DNA of 64,000 bases from Chlorokybus atmophyticus (taxonomy: Eukaryota > Plantae > Mesostigma and Chlorokybus algae): positions 300,735 through 364,734 of the forward strand of contig RHPI01001559.1 in NCBI GenBank assembly GCA_009103225.1. Direction: 5' to 3'. Made by a program: the position numbers and the translations under genes. Position 1 is the stretch's first letter; each line of letters begins with the position of its first letter. Shown piece after piece: positions 12,763 through 25,447 of the stretch. The notes under the pieces were generated by a model. The model had not been told where the DNA came from. It worked only from the letters and a program-made list of their open reading frames with translations, and searched no databases.

Positions 12763-13502
12763 TCAGGCTGCCATTACACTTGGCGGACCAGGGCTACTTG
12801 CCTGCACATAACTGAATAGCAACTCACATTTAACGTAAGTATTTGCTGCAGTGGTTGCTTATTCAACACGTATGTTATTAAATCGGGCGGCTGCCGGTCG
12901 GCATTACGTGGCTCATTGACTTGTGAGGTTAAGGCATTCATAAACACGTATAAAGGTAAATCATTTATTGACATACTTACCAGTGCACAGTTATTGAAGT
13001 ACACCGTCCGAAGGCGTATCAACTCATCAACGTGACGCGTCTTGCAGTACATATACGTAGTCAACATTCTATGTGCATGATTACTTAAATCCGTGGTATG
13101 ATAAACCTCACTTACCGCATTACAATAGGTGAGTGCTTGTTCGCAAGCCGAGTAACACATAAACAATCTTCACTTAACTGCTGCTGTTTGTTGCGTCTAT
13201 GTGACCATCACATTTGCATCAAAGACATATTTTTTGAGTGAATTGATGCAACTTTTGCAAATGCATAATTACTAGCAGCCACATACCAAAGTATACATAA
13301 CTTCAACCTCTGACTATAAACAAAAATGTGCAAAGCACCTATGCGAATGCTTGAGCTCTCTTACTCTCTCTATGTGCAAAGGCAGGCCGATGGCTCTCGC
13401 ATCAGCATTGGTAGCAGTAGCGGGAGGGGAGGTGGAGGTGGAGGCACCGGCAAGGGCGGATGAGTGGCAGAGCCGCATGGCAAAGCCGGATGGCGGTGCC
13501 AT
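12763..13502 (-). CDS. Possible small multi-exon gene of unknown function
   Basis: GC-rich first exon MAPPSGFAMRLCHSSALAGASTSTSPP..., then exons that join in frame with GT-AG sites (strong gtaagt donors near 13120 and 12977). One intron is short (about 47 nt). No family recognised. Confidence 0.3.
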
Positions 13503-13867
13503 AGATTTGGATAAAGAGTGAATGAATAAGAAACCAATGGCGAAAATTTCTGTCAGGTCACAAATGTGTGTGGTAATGGTGTTACAACTGATGACTTTCC
13601 CGTAAAACGAAGCGTTGTCTGCTTCGCTGGCATATCCCCTCATTAGGGGTGGAGTGGGGTGTTACAAGCTTAGCACTAGCATGCGTTGATTCAAACTGCT
13701 GCGTTCAGACCTTCATGTTTGTACGCCTCGCATGTATTTTGGTGGATGAGTGTGCATGCATTGGATGCACTAAATACAAGGCCTTGATACCCACCTGCAC
13801 GCATACACAACACCTACAAAAGCTACATACACAAACACACACATTTCCGTTTCACATTGTTTGTACA

Positions 13868-16128
13868 TCATAGCCGCGGGCGTGTCTTCGCAAGCGCCTC
13901 CTCAAGCTCCTTTGACAGCAGCATCCCCGCATTCCATGTGGCCACATAGTCCAGCCCGTCCGCCACTGCATGATCCCTACCGCATCATGTGAGTATATGG
14001 ACCTCATACACTCAGGCTGTGACGGCTGCGTAGCAGGTGATTGACTGGCAACATGCGGGTGTGACTACGTAACGGCGTAGGCAAGTAGTGTGTTAGGTAG
14101 AGTTAGTAATAGCCCTGTGATGTAAATGTATGAAGTGTTGGCATGAGACTGCATGTGCCGTGTGCCGCATACTATGCATGACACTGTATGTGCTGGACAT
14201 CATGCATGCTACTAATCTGGCATCCTATCTGTTGTACACTCGTCACAATGTACGCACCTGGTGTGGAGGAGGACAGCTTTGGTACCCGCCACGGCCAGAG
14301 ACGGTTTTGAGGCAATGGTGCGGGTTGTCTCAAGCGCGAAGTCCAGCATATCCTTGCGTGTTGGGAATGACCTCGTCACCTATGCAGAGTGCATAGCGGT
14401 TGCAAAGCATACACAACATTGGTTTGCACACATGCCCACGCAAAGCGATTACACGCAACAGTCTAAAGAGCCAGTGCATCAGCAACTTACAAGGTTTAGT
14501 GATGCAGGACGAGAAGAGAAAATACGCTTACACATACAAGTGTTATTCAAGCACAAGTACACAAGCATACTTACCAGGCCGATGCGTGCGGCTTCTTTGC
14601 CGTCAATTGTGCGAGCAGTCAGCGCGAGCTCCCGCGCCACGCCTGACCCAACATGCGCATGCTCACAAAGTCTCTCCAACAGCTGTTGTGTCGGCGTCAC
14701 ACATACATGCGTGGCATGTCACACGCACCGTCCCCAACAATCCTTGGCAGCCGCTGCAGCGTGCCCAAGTCCGCCGTTATACCCAAATCCACCTCCTGAA
14801 GACATGAGGTTGGTCAGTCCGCGTGCAATTTGTTGTTCGTGATGAGTGCGTTGAGTGATTGCAACAACAATTGCATAACCGCATGTTTGATGGATGCATG
14901 GATGGATAAATGTACACATGGATGTCAGGTTGAGTAATTGGCTGACCAATGTGAACACCGCAATCAATGTGTCTGATAATAATGAACAAGTGTGACTGAG
15001 TCCAATGCAGGAACACGTGATTGAAATATGTATTTCAACAACGCACTTTGACGCAGAATCGCGCATCATCGGTGCAGTAGCGGATATCACACGCGGTAAT
15101 CTGCGCAACAGCAGCAGCCAATCCCAGCGCTTTAGCCCAGCACCACGGAGAGTGAGATGAAACTTGCTTCACAACTGAGTAGTAGTGGTGGCAGTGTTGT
15201 GGGGTAAAGCACACGAACACGTACAAGGTCGATGCCGCCGCCTATGCAGGCCCCGTGCACCGCGGCCACCACCGGCTTCCGACACTCCTCCAACGCACTC
15301 AATGCAGCCTGCAGGTGCATGCACACACCGTCATATGTGCACACATGCACAAACACACAACGTGCACACGTGCACAAACATGCACGTGCGCACGCGTACA
15401 GGCTACATGTGGTGCATGTACACCCTCATACAAACGCTTCCACGTGAGCACCTTTCCTATCACTCACTTGCCTGCATGGTTTTTATTTGTGTGCGCAGCT
15501 CCGCGCGCTCCCTTGCGGGACACCCGCCACCATCGCGCTCAAGCCCTTTCTTCAACTCGCCAAAACCCGCAAGCTCCATCCCCGAGCAGAAGTGCGGACC
15601 ATCCGCAGCCAACAGCACCTGCATGTGCATGCATGTGGATGTGTGTGTGCGCGCGCATGCGCGTGCGTGGATGCGTGCCTGTGACAACATGAACAGTACC
15701 AGACTAAGCTGATACCGCGCGTGTGCTGGGATCGCGGTCGAGGGTGGAGAGCATAGCAGGGAGGCCGTGAAAGAGGGCGGGTGACATGGCATTGGAACGC
15801 AAGGGGCGTGAGAGGTACACTGCACGCCAGTGTAAGGATGAAGGATGAGACGGCACGTACATTCATGTGTTGCGTGCTGGTGGCAATAGTGCAAGCATGC
15901 TTTCTTGCAGTATGTGAAGCGGCTTGAGTCAGTTACACCGTGCACAGGCTATATCGTCAATAAATCACACATGCGTAAGCGCGCTCGTGCATTGTGTATG
16001 CAACCATTTGTGTCAGTGTATGTGCCGTGTCTGCGTGTGCGCATGTGTGCATGCATGCTTGTCATGTACAACTTGCTCAACATCATACTCACGCAGATGT
16101 AAGTGTGAAACATATGTGTGTCCCAACC
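13868..16128 (-). CDS. DCI1: Delta(3,5)-Delta(2,4)-dienoyl-CoA isomerase (crotonase family), peroxisomal; 5' end unresolved
   Basis: Exons (upstream to 16128), 15819-15716, 15618-15472, 15308-15225, 15100-15047, 14795-14729, 14642-14575, 14379-14258 and 13976-13868 join in frame. Motifs: FCSGM, KPVVAAVHGACIGGGIDL, KEVDLGITADLGTLQRLP (Glu/Asp catalytic pair of ECH1/DCI1), GLDYVATWN. Ends in PRL* (PTS1-like). Confidence 0.92.
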
Positions 16129-16354
16129 TGTAGCGACTCCATCCCGCCCCGCCGCCTCCACCCTCACCGCCGCCTCCTCGCCAGAGCTTGCCGTCAGTCT
16201 ATCCTGACTGTGAGCCTGCCCGCCCGCAGCCTGACTACCCTGCCCGTGCAACTGCGGGCCGCTGGCAGCAGCAGCAACTGCACCACGAGGCCCAAACTCC
16301 CCCTAGACGACAACAACAATCACATGCTTGCAATGTGATCATCATACCATCAAC

Positions 16355-16762
16355 CTTCTCGTCCTCTCTCACCTCCACTAGATGGAAGCTGTCCCTGACG
16401 TCGTCATACCTCCACATCCTCCCGCTCGTGATGGCGTTGAAGACCACCATGTACGGCGGCGTTGCAGGGTGGAGGTTGCAGTCTCTCTTCAACGCCGTGA
16501 AGAGAGCGTCCTCGCGGGCCTTGGCCCGGGCGGCGTAGTCTCGCTGGGCCTGGGCGTGCTTGCGCTTCTTCCTGCGCTTGTCGGCGTCGGCGTCGGTGTC
16601 GTCCTGGTCCTCGGGGGCAGGAGCACTGCTCACGGGAGAGGAAGGCGTTGCTGGAACCACCCCCCGGGCGAGGTCAGGCAGGATAGGCCTGACAGGGGCA
16701 GAGACACCAGCAGCAACCCTATCAGGGACGCCGCCGCTGACCCCAGCTGGGGGATCTGCCAT
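16355..16762 (-). CDS. GC-rich exon with a Pro/Ala-rich start and a basic NLS-like segment; possible N-terminal extension of DCI1 or a separate gene
   Basis: MADPPAGV...DADKRRKKRKHAQAQRDYAARAKAREDAL...EDEK. It can be spliced in frame to exon 16302-16128 through a 52-nt GT-AG intron. Confidence 0.5.
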
Positions 16763-18089
16763 GACGCTCAACCACCGTCACACGATCACGCCGTATCATC
16801 TACTGTCAAGCGCTGGCAGCTGCACAGCACACCAGCCCGTATCATCTGCCCTAGAGCTGATAACGCACCACATGTTGCGTGTAGTCCCACTCCAACCAAG
16901 ATCACGATGACAGCCACTGCTCATCGGAAGGCTGAGTTTGTTGTCACAAGCCTCTCGTGCTATAGATCGAAGGCTGTCGAAACACATCGCGAACACAATG
17001 CGTGCCATGGGTGATGGGCATCATGTCCTGTCTCGCTCAAGGCGACAGTCAGCGAATATGCGCGATGTGCTGAATGTCAGCCAATTGGCTGACAGATAAT
17101 GAAATTTCCATACACAGACTGTTATTGCAAGGGTAACAATAAGCTCTAACACACCACAAACCAGTCACAAGTATGCATCACACATCAAGAGCGTGCTTGC
17201 AAGAGAGCCATGCCATGTGTTAGTATCTGTTAAGTATGATCACACAAAAGAGTACAATAGCATCATGACTTACATGATGTTTCCGGCATTATGAAACACA
17301 AAATACAAAAGGGTATGAAAAAATTCAATTTTATACATTGCGTCGCCATCATGTGTAAGCAACAATGTAATTACTTCCTTTAACTTGCTTTTTATGTCGA
17401 TGTATTAACATGACAACGATCCCCCCCTCCCCCCCCCCCTTCCCTTCCTCATCCATATATGCATTGAATTGAAGCGGGGGCTTGAGCAATGTCGAGCTTT
17501 AAGGCTTTGCATCCATCCAAGCAAGGATGGTATACAAGCGTTTTGGTCTGCATGCATTCGATTGAATCAACCCGCCTGAATGTAGTTCATTTGAATGACA
17601 ATATTATGCTTTTATCATTGTAGAACAACCGCGAGCACATGCTACTACGACCACCATGCTTGTGTGTTGCATGTATATCATAACTGAGTTATACACATTG
17701 TTATCAATGTTTGTAAACGAGCTTATTTGTACATCGGCATGTACATGTATATCACATATGTTAATATGCTTATTAACACCAAGTTCATTGTAACACATTA
17801 TGCATACCCCCNNNCCCCCCCGCCAAATCTGTAGTTGTCGTTGTGCAGTGTATGATATACTGGTCTTTTGCCTTTGCATGTTCTATCATACCGTATCTAA
17901 GACTCATTAATGCGTAAGTTATGGGGTGCATATAATGTATGTGCTCGAGTGCACATATGTGTGAAGTAGTGATGTATGCATTTCTTGGGCACCCACTTTG
18001 CACAAGTGATAATTTTCGCCGGTGTCAAATGCTACATATATTTGCAATGCATGCAGGGACATGCATATGCAAATGTGACAATGCGGCAG

Positions 18090-18195
18090 GCCATGCGGTG
18101 GAGGCTGGAATGGACTATGTGACCACATGGAACGGGAATGATGCGTTTGTTAGAGCTTGAGAGGAGGCACTTGTGGGAACATGTCCGCGGTTATA
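18090..18195 (+). pseudogene. Inverted, degenerate copy of the last DCI1 exon
   Basis: catgcggtggaggctggaatggactatgtgaccacatggaa...gagcttgagaggaggcacttg...ccgcggtta aligns along the whole of exon 13976-13868. The acceptor atgcggcag matches the original atgcggtag. It carries indels. Confidence 0.8.
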
Positions 18196-18814
18196 TTATG
18201 TCCTTCATGTAATGTCTCTTGTCTTTTTGCTTTCACGCACATTGTTTTATATTGTGAGTGGGTGTGGAGGGTGTACAGGATGCAAATAGTAATAAGACTT
18301 GTGTGCACTCCATATACAAAGTTATTTAAATACCACAATGTTCGGAATATCTAAGCATCTTTGTACATGGAGTATACTATGAGATCGGTTGTTAAGGCCG
18401 GATATATACAATATCAAGCACAAAGGGAGTAGGTGGAAACATACGTCACAGTATATTACATTCACACATACCATGCCCTTGTGGTCCTACCCACATATTT
18501 AGCTGCTACTTACTGAAAAGCAGTGCAAAAGTTTGGCACGCATTTCACAACATAACACAACCCGAGTGCAGGCAATTTCTCCCATAACATCACACGACAC
18601 AACAATGTTGTCGTGCAACAGCTGCCATTAGTGACTATACACAACACTACACACTATACACATACAAGGTCATCTGACCCAGCAAACCCACAATGTATCT
18701 CTCTTCACCCACTCTCTTTTTCTCAACCTGCTCCAGTCACGCAATAAGTTGCTACTCGACTGCTTGCTGTAGAGAGGGTAAAAGAGTGCCTTTATAACTG
18801 GGTAACTCTTTGTG

Positions 18815-19921
18815 TCACAAGTGAAGTGCGATGGCAAGGCCGACGATGGGTCCGACGAGGATGGTTGGGATAAAGGGGCTGACCAGTGCGTTGAACACGG
18901 GACCCACCACGGGGACGCGGCGGATCACTCGCTTGCCAACGTGCACCTGCCATTGCGTCCGAGGGCACACGTCAGCTGTTTGTATGGGAAGGTAAGGAAC
19001 CACACAAGCGAAAGAGCGCACAATGAGACAACGAAGCTGAGGTGAGATTGACACCTCACGACAACAACAACGAGGACTATGGGCGCTAAGTGACCAAGTA
19101 TGTGTGCAAGTGAGTCCCTGGCTGTGTAGTGGTGATCTTCAAAATAACCAGCACTCAACACTGCCCTCATTGCAATGGCTGAGGAAGACTTTACTGAACA
19201 CTTGCTGTGTGCGAACAATATGCAACTGTGCAACAGACACACAGCCCAGTACACTTGGAGCAGGATGTACTGCACAACAACACGACCTCGAGTACGCTGA
19301 ACACTAATCGAGTTGCCCACAAGGCGCAACTAATACCTTGCCAGGTGTACCACACACATATGCGCACACGCAGGCATGCACGCACGTCTCCCCCTTGCCC
19401 CCTCACTCCCCCACACGACATGACCACAAGGTGGCAGGCAGAGCAAGGTGACGGAGGTGACGTCCCAACCCAACAACTGTACGTTCGCGCGTAACCCAAA
19501 CTGACCACAACTGCCCTTCCATGCTTGCCAACCACTGACTGATCCACAAAGTTAGTAATCCATCCATCCATGATTGCAAGCAACATGCAAGTCACAATCA
19601 ACCAACTAACCAGCCAACCAAGCATCCCAACCAACACGCCTCCAGCAATCTCCAGCACGCATGCACACATGTACACACGCACACCCACATGCACACGATC
19701 AAACTCACCGCGAGCGATCCTCCCACCGCGACCCCCAGCAGCGCGTTCTTCTCTCGTAGCCAGTGCCTCGGGGGGTGGGGCGGAGGCTGCTCGTCCTTGG
19801 TCACATCTCCTTCAGCAGCAGGGGCGTCGTCCCCGGCTGGAGCGGCCAGATCGGACGCGTCGTCGTCGACTTCCCGATGAGGCGGAGCTGCGACGGCGTC
19901 GACTGCCTCCTTCACGCCCAT
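18815..19921 (-). CDS. Small membrane protein, truncated paralog of 22375-23706 (acidic N-terminus plus hydrophobic C-terminal module)
   Basis: Exons 19921-19709 (donor GCG|gtgagt) and 18946-18815 encode ...LLGVAVGGSLA|VHVGKRVIRRVPVVGPVFNALVSPFIPTILVGPIVGLAIALHL*. The intron position matches the paralog. Confidence 0.7.
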
Positions 19922-22374
19922 GCTGACGGGGGTGATGATGCTCGTTTTTCTCTCTCAACGCCTTGGCCTGGTGGGGGCTGGTATAGACTAGTCGCAAGCC
20001 TGATCCGGCCTGGCCTGGTCTGTCCTGGTCTGGTCTAGTCCTTCTAGCAGCGCTCTGGCTCAGGCTGAGGCTCAGGCTCAAGCTTTCCGTCACTCCCGCC
20101 AAACGTGAGGCACTACACAGATAGTTGATCAACCACCAGCCGCATCCACCACCTGTACTACACGGTGTTGATTGCTACTGCTACCGCTGCTGTCTGAAGA
20201 CAGCCACGTCATGCAAGCACAGGGTCAGCAAGTCGCCGAGGCCGTTGGTCGATGCTCTTCCTCGTGCGACGGCGTCAGCCTCGGCATCATCGGCGGTAGA
20301 GTTGACGGGGCCAGCTGGCGGGTGCCGTATCTGCGTGCCACGTTGGACTGCGTAGGCGGACATGTGTGGCAGATGGATTCCAGCCGATGTGGATAAAAGA
20401 GCGCTGCCTGCGGACGTATCCGCAATCATCGGAGTGAAGGAGCGGATATCGGCATATAAACGTGCGCATTGTAAGCATATGTTTGCCTATAGTATTGAAT
20501 ACAACTTGTTAGCACAGAAGTGTTTAGAAAATTGCTAACAGTGTGATGACAGGCTGGTCAGCTAGTAACTGACTGCTGCCTCTCATGCAGTTGTTCGGAG
20601 CACATCTGATGTAGTTTAAATTTCTTGCGGCTCATGAAGGAAACAATTATGTCGATAACGAAATATGGTGAATTATTAGCCATGCCATGTTGATTCGAAA
20701 TGAGTCCCCCCCCCCCCCGCTTTACGACGTCACAATCAAAGAAATCCTTAAACCATACTCACTTTTACAAGTGTGCATTGCTTAACATGTCAAGATAGTA
20801 AGGAGTTCTCAAAAAGCGAAAGCATTCTGTGTGACAAGATACAATGTATACATTGCAAATAATTTGCTCACCTTGAAGTCAAAGCTCTCAGTTTAATCCA
20901 TTTCTTTGGAAATTATCATCTTGCATCAACAATATGGATTATTCAGCATCAACACAAAAAATACACGTAATCCATATGATGATGACGCTGACATCGTGCA
21001 TTGAACATTAAATTATACTTATTGCATTTTGAGAAGTAGCAAGCAATGCACAAGATGCAATGGCATGGTTGGCATCATATTATTGCATTGATATTATACA
21101 AGAGTATCAACCAACTTCAATTATGATCTGAGATGCAAAAACCGTACATTAACATTATCATCTTTATGTTGCAAACCGTTTTGATCTTAATAGTCAACAT
21201 ATGCAGTTATTATGCAAATGAACAACATTGTTACAGCGCATACCACCACACACAAGAATCACATGAAAGCTAACTGTAAGGTCGGTAGCAATGCAGCTGC
21301 AGCAACATCAACAGCAACGAGACAGATAGACAAGTATACGGCTAAGACATCGTTACTCACATCATTAGGACACACTAGCATTAGAAACCCCATCAACGTA
21401 AGACCCAAGCAATAGCAGCGGGGTGGGATGCGGCAAGCTTGGAAATAGCAAGAGTAAGGACGACCTATAGAGCGAGGTTGACCGCGGTAGTACAAGCTCC
21501 CATAGTGTGACATCGCTGTCATGTTTACATAACAATGACAACGACAATGTCGTCGCTGACCTGTAGAAATGATCGTAAATATACAGAAAATTTAAGAATA
21601 AACAATAGTGTGACATGCCCGCTAGCGCACACAATGTCTACCGGGGAAGGCTTGCAGCTGGTTGTTTAGTGCAGTAATTTAGCCCGGTGGTGACAATGAT
21701 GAGATATACTAGTATGCGTGTAATGTTTGTTGAGTGGTTGTTGCGCATTGCATGCGTGTGCACAATAGCACGTCATATCCTGTACACTTGCTATGCTGGT
21801 GTTGTGTGTGCTTCACACCTTACAGGCGGCTAGTCTCGAATACGATCGCTTATACACTACATCGGCATAATGTTGCAACTGGTACTATAACTACTGCATA
21901 CTGCCATACTATACTACTAGTGCATATGGCCACTACTAGTGCATGTACAAAAGAGGCTTAGGAGATTGTGCACATTCAAGTATGCATGAGCATGCAGGCA
22001 ATCAGCAACCACAACCACAACACCTTACCCAGCTTGACCACCGGCTAAGCCACACGCCTGCGCGCTGCCTACACTTACCACTGTCGCCCCCTGTGTTGGC
22101 GTGCTTCTTGCCATTGCAATGCGAACCTAGGCATGCATAAGAAACCAAGCAACCATGCCAGCATGCGAGAAGCAACAGCAATTCACGAGTCAAGACAAAC
22201 CTGAGACGGGTTCAGAGTAAAGTTGTCGCTATATACATAAGCTATATACATTCTGCAGCACCTGTTACGCAGGTGCCAATCGCTTGTGATGCGACTGCCA
22301 TGGTACCACCGCGCAGTCAACACCGTATCCCACAGTTAAGCTAGAGTGCACAGAGAGCACTCATCCTCTAAGGG

Positions 22375-23706
22375 TCAAAAATGCTTCACAATGCCGGCAC
22401 CAACCATGGGTCCAACGACAACGGTTGGAACCAATGGGTTTATCAGCAGCGAGAAGACCGGTCCAAACACAGGTGTCCTCCTCAAAAACCCCTTGCCCAG
22501 GTGCACCTGGGTATTGATGTGAGTATGTTGTACGAGAGCCATGCATACCAGCATAATCAGTTGCTATCACAGTAGCATCCGCAGCCAAGAGGCGTGCGAC
22601 TCACCAGATAGCAGCCAGCCACCGCTGCAGCCGCGAACCTCGCCCCTCGGTCCACCACGATTCGTCTACAGATGGCCCTGCATGACAAGCACATGTTCAC
22701 ACAATGCCTGCACGTGCATGTTGTGTGACAATGCATTCTTGCACGTCGAGGCAATCAACATCTTTGACAAGCCAGGCAGGCAGCTGAACCGCACCTGGCA
22801 AAGGCTTCAAATTCCTCAAACGTGAAGGCTGTCTTTGTTGCAAAAGCAGGTTCCTGATCACACCACACTATGTCAGTAGGTGCACCATTGCAATGCAGAA
22901 AGCAAGCCACTGCGGCATGCATTGAGAGCGTGTGCGTGTATGCCTTACACAAGTACCTGCATCAACTGTTGATGCCACGCAGAATGCCCCACCAAGATAG
23001 AATCGCAGGTAGGTTTTGCAAAAGAAACGCAAGATGTAAGTCATTAAAACAACTTACAATGTCAACAGCAGCATTGGTTAGCAACGCACCAGCATGCATG
23101 CCGCCAAGCAAATACACACACCAGAGCTGACAGACTCACCTGATCAACGTCTGACTGCTTTGGCACGCGCAAAACTACATCTCGACAAGCTTCAGGAAGC
23201 CTGTCCGCCAGCTCCCTGCGATTCTCAAGCATGTCAACCCAAGTTTACCCAAGATAAACAAACTGCTCCTAGTAGGTCGCCAATAGACAAGCAAGTGACG
23301 TTAGCACTCACTTGTGAATGTACTGTACAGCCGCCAGGGCGTCTGGTATTGACATTCGGCCCGACCGATCCTTGTGCGAGATGGCGAAAGCGGTCGCTAC
23401 CGCCTCCTGAAAACGCTCGTTGCCGTCCAGCAGCTTGTCAACACGCTTGGCTGCATACACACACAGATCCATAAGCTCAGGAGCAGGACATACACACCAG
23501 CAGACTCTGCTGTAAAACGACAAAACTCAGTGCAAGAAAGGTCTTGACGAGACTGTGTGCTGACTATGCTGACGGCCAACAATCGGAGTGGTTTTGTGCC
23601 TAAAAATGCAATCAGCTCCAGGGGCGTGAGCGTTGATATCTAATTTCAGTAGCACAACCAGCAGCACAACCGTAAGGTATAGAAACTTACACAGCTCGGC
23701 GCCCAT
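22375..23706 (-). CDS. Putative N-myristoylated membrane protein with degenerate EF-hands
   Basis: In-frame model MGAELS|KRVDKLLDG...AFAISHKDRSGRMSIPDALAAVQYIHK|ELADRLPE...SDVDQ|LMQ|EPAFATKTAFTFEEFEAFAR|AICRRIVVDRGARFAAAAVAGCYL|VHLGKGFLRRTPVFGPVFSLLINPLVPTVVVGPMVGAGIVKHF*, all introns GT-AG. Resemblance to a land-plant EF-hand membrane family is from memory. Confidence 0.7.
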
Positions 23707-25396
23707 GGTGTTGATTTTTGCAGCCGCTTGCGCCACCGCCTGCATGTCACCCAAGATCAATGTCTCCGACAGTCACAGCGCAGCCACGTCATGCGTGCCA
23801 GCCAGCAACTCAGCACTTGAAAAAGACACATCATCGCGAGTTCACTGAGCCCAGCTGTCACATCAACCAAACCAGCATCCGCTTTTGGCGGGCTGAATTG
23901 CGTAACAATTTCAAAACCGTTATGGCAAGAGCAAGCACCTGACGCATAGGCGGCAAGGCGGTGCAGGCGACAAGCAGGGCCCCGACGCTGTCCTCGCCCT
24001 CAAGCTTGTCGCCACCTCCGCCTCGTCCACCGTAGTATTCTCGCCTATGCTGCGCCGCCGTCACGCCGTCGCCGCCGCCGTCACACCTCTTCACGCCTGT
24101 GTCGACAGCCATGACGCAGGCAACATGCACATACACAACACCACGCGCGGCTCACACTGTAATTTATAAACTTTTGGAGCCGTTGCGCGGGAAAACTACT
24201 CCGGTACACGTGCAGGGCGGATCAAAACACGCGCGCAAATCTGAATGTGGCTACGAAGCCAAAGAACAAGGGCATGCGGTGCACGTTTGCCGGTTTCGCC
24301 AGGGAGTTTGCAAGGTTTCACCAGCGGGCCCCCCGGTTCTGGTGGCTGGCGAAGCCCCTCGGTTCCCGCCTAAAATTTTCAAATGCTGTTCGGGACTGCA
24401 AATGTGCACAATAACTTGGTGCAGGCAAAACATGCATGCATAGGCAAGCTTAAAAAGGCAAGCTTAAAGAATTTGTGCTATGTGCAAGCTGACTATATGT
24501 GCACATGTATATTTTGTTATGTGCTGCATGATGTAGCACATGTAATAAAGTTGTTTTCACATGAATGCACATGAATAGCTTAAGTTGTCTCAAACCATTT
24601 GCCACAGTCAAAGGAGAAAACGCCATGAGCATTTATTGTCATTTAACGTGACGTGCACGTTTGATTTGCTGATATATTGTGACATAAGATTTGAAGGCAT
24701 GTTAACCGATTATCACAAGCATGTAGATAATATGCCTGTTGCATGTGCTTATATTATGTAGCACATAATGTTACTTATATACACATGTCGCAGAGTAAGC
24801 ATTGGGTAACATTATAATAATCATCACGAGTGCATCAATACACCACAAATTACATCGTCGGTCACGGTGCACGGTCGACACAACCTTAAGACAAAGAGTA
24901 CATGTACATCATATGTAACATTTAATTACTACGAAAGAGTTGATTACAATACGTGAATACAGTCGGGCGGCGTGGGAGGGGTTTTCACTCGTTATTGGTT
25001 ATCCACTGTTCGTACATTTTCCGATCGCACGGTGTACAAGCCGTTTTAATCAGGTGGCTTTTTTAGTTTTCTGTCTGAACGATTAGTTTGACTTCGGTGA
25101 TGCGGTAAACAGCGAAATCGGCGAAAACGGTCTGATAATCCACTTTCTGACGGTGAGTTACCAATTCGGACTGGCGGATTACTAGCGGCAAATAGCTGGA
25201 CAAATACCGCGGTAATCGCCCAATTCCGCGCCATGCAACCCAGCTGCTGCAATTGACCGGCCTCACAGTCTAAGTTATTTACCCCCCCATGACTCAGAGC
25301 ATCGGCGTTAAATCAGCCTGACTTTTCTCCTTTGAAAACCGAAGGATACAAACCGTCAATCCCATCACCTCCACCTCCAACCGGCTCACCCGCCGC

Positions 25397-25447
25397 ACTT
25401 ATAGTGTTTACGATCACTATAAGTAATGGTGATCGTAAATCACCATT
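25397..25447. other. Two adjacent perfect DNA hairpins
   Basis: acttatagtg-tttacgat-cactataagt (10-bp stem) is followed immediately by aatggtgat-cgtaa-atcaccatt (9-bp stem). Confidence 0.85.

Noticed and set aside
17423-20718. Poly-C/poly-G runs as G-quadruplex elements
   Set aside because: Several are interrupted by or adjacent to N (1505, 5895, 11053, 17812), so their lengths are unreliable.
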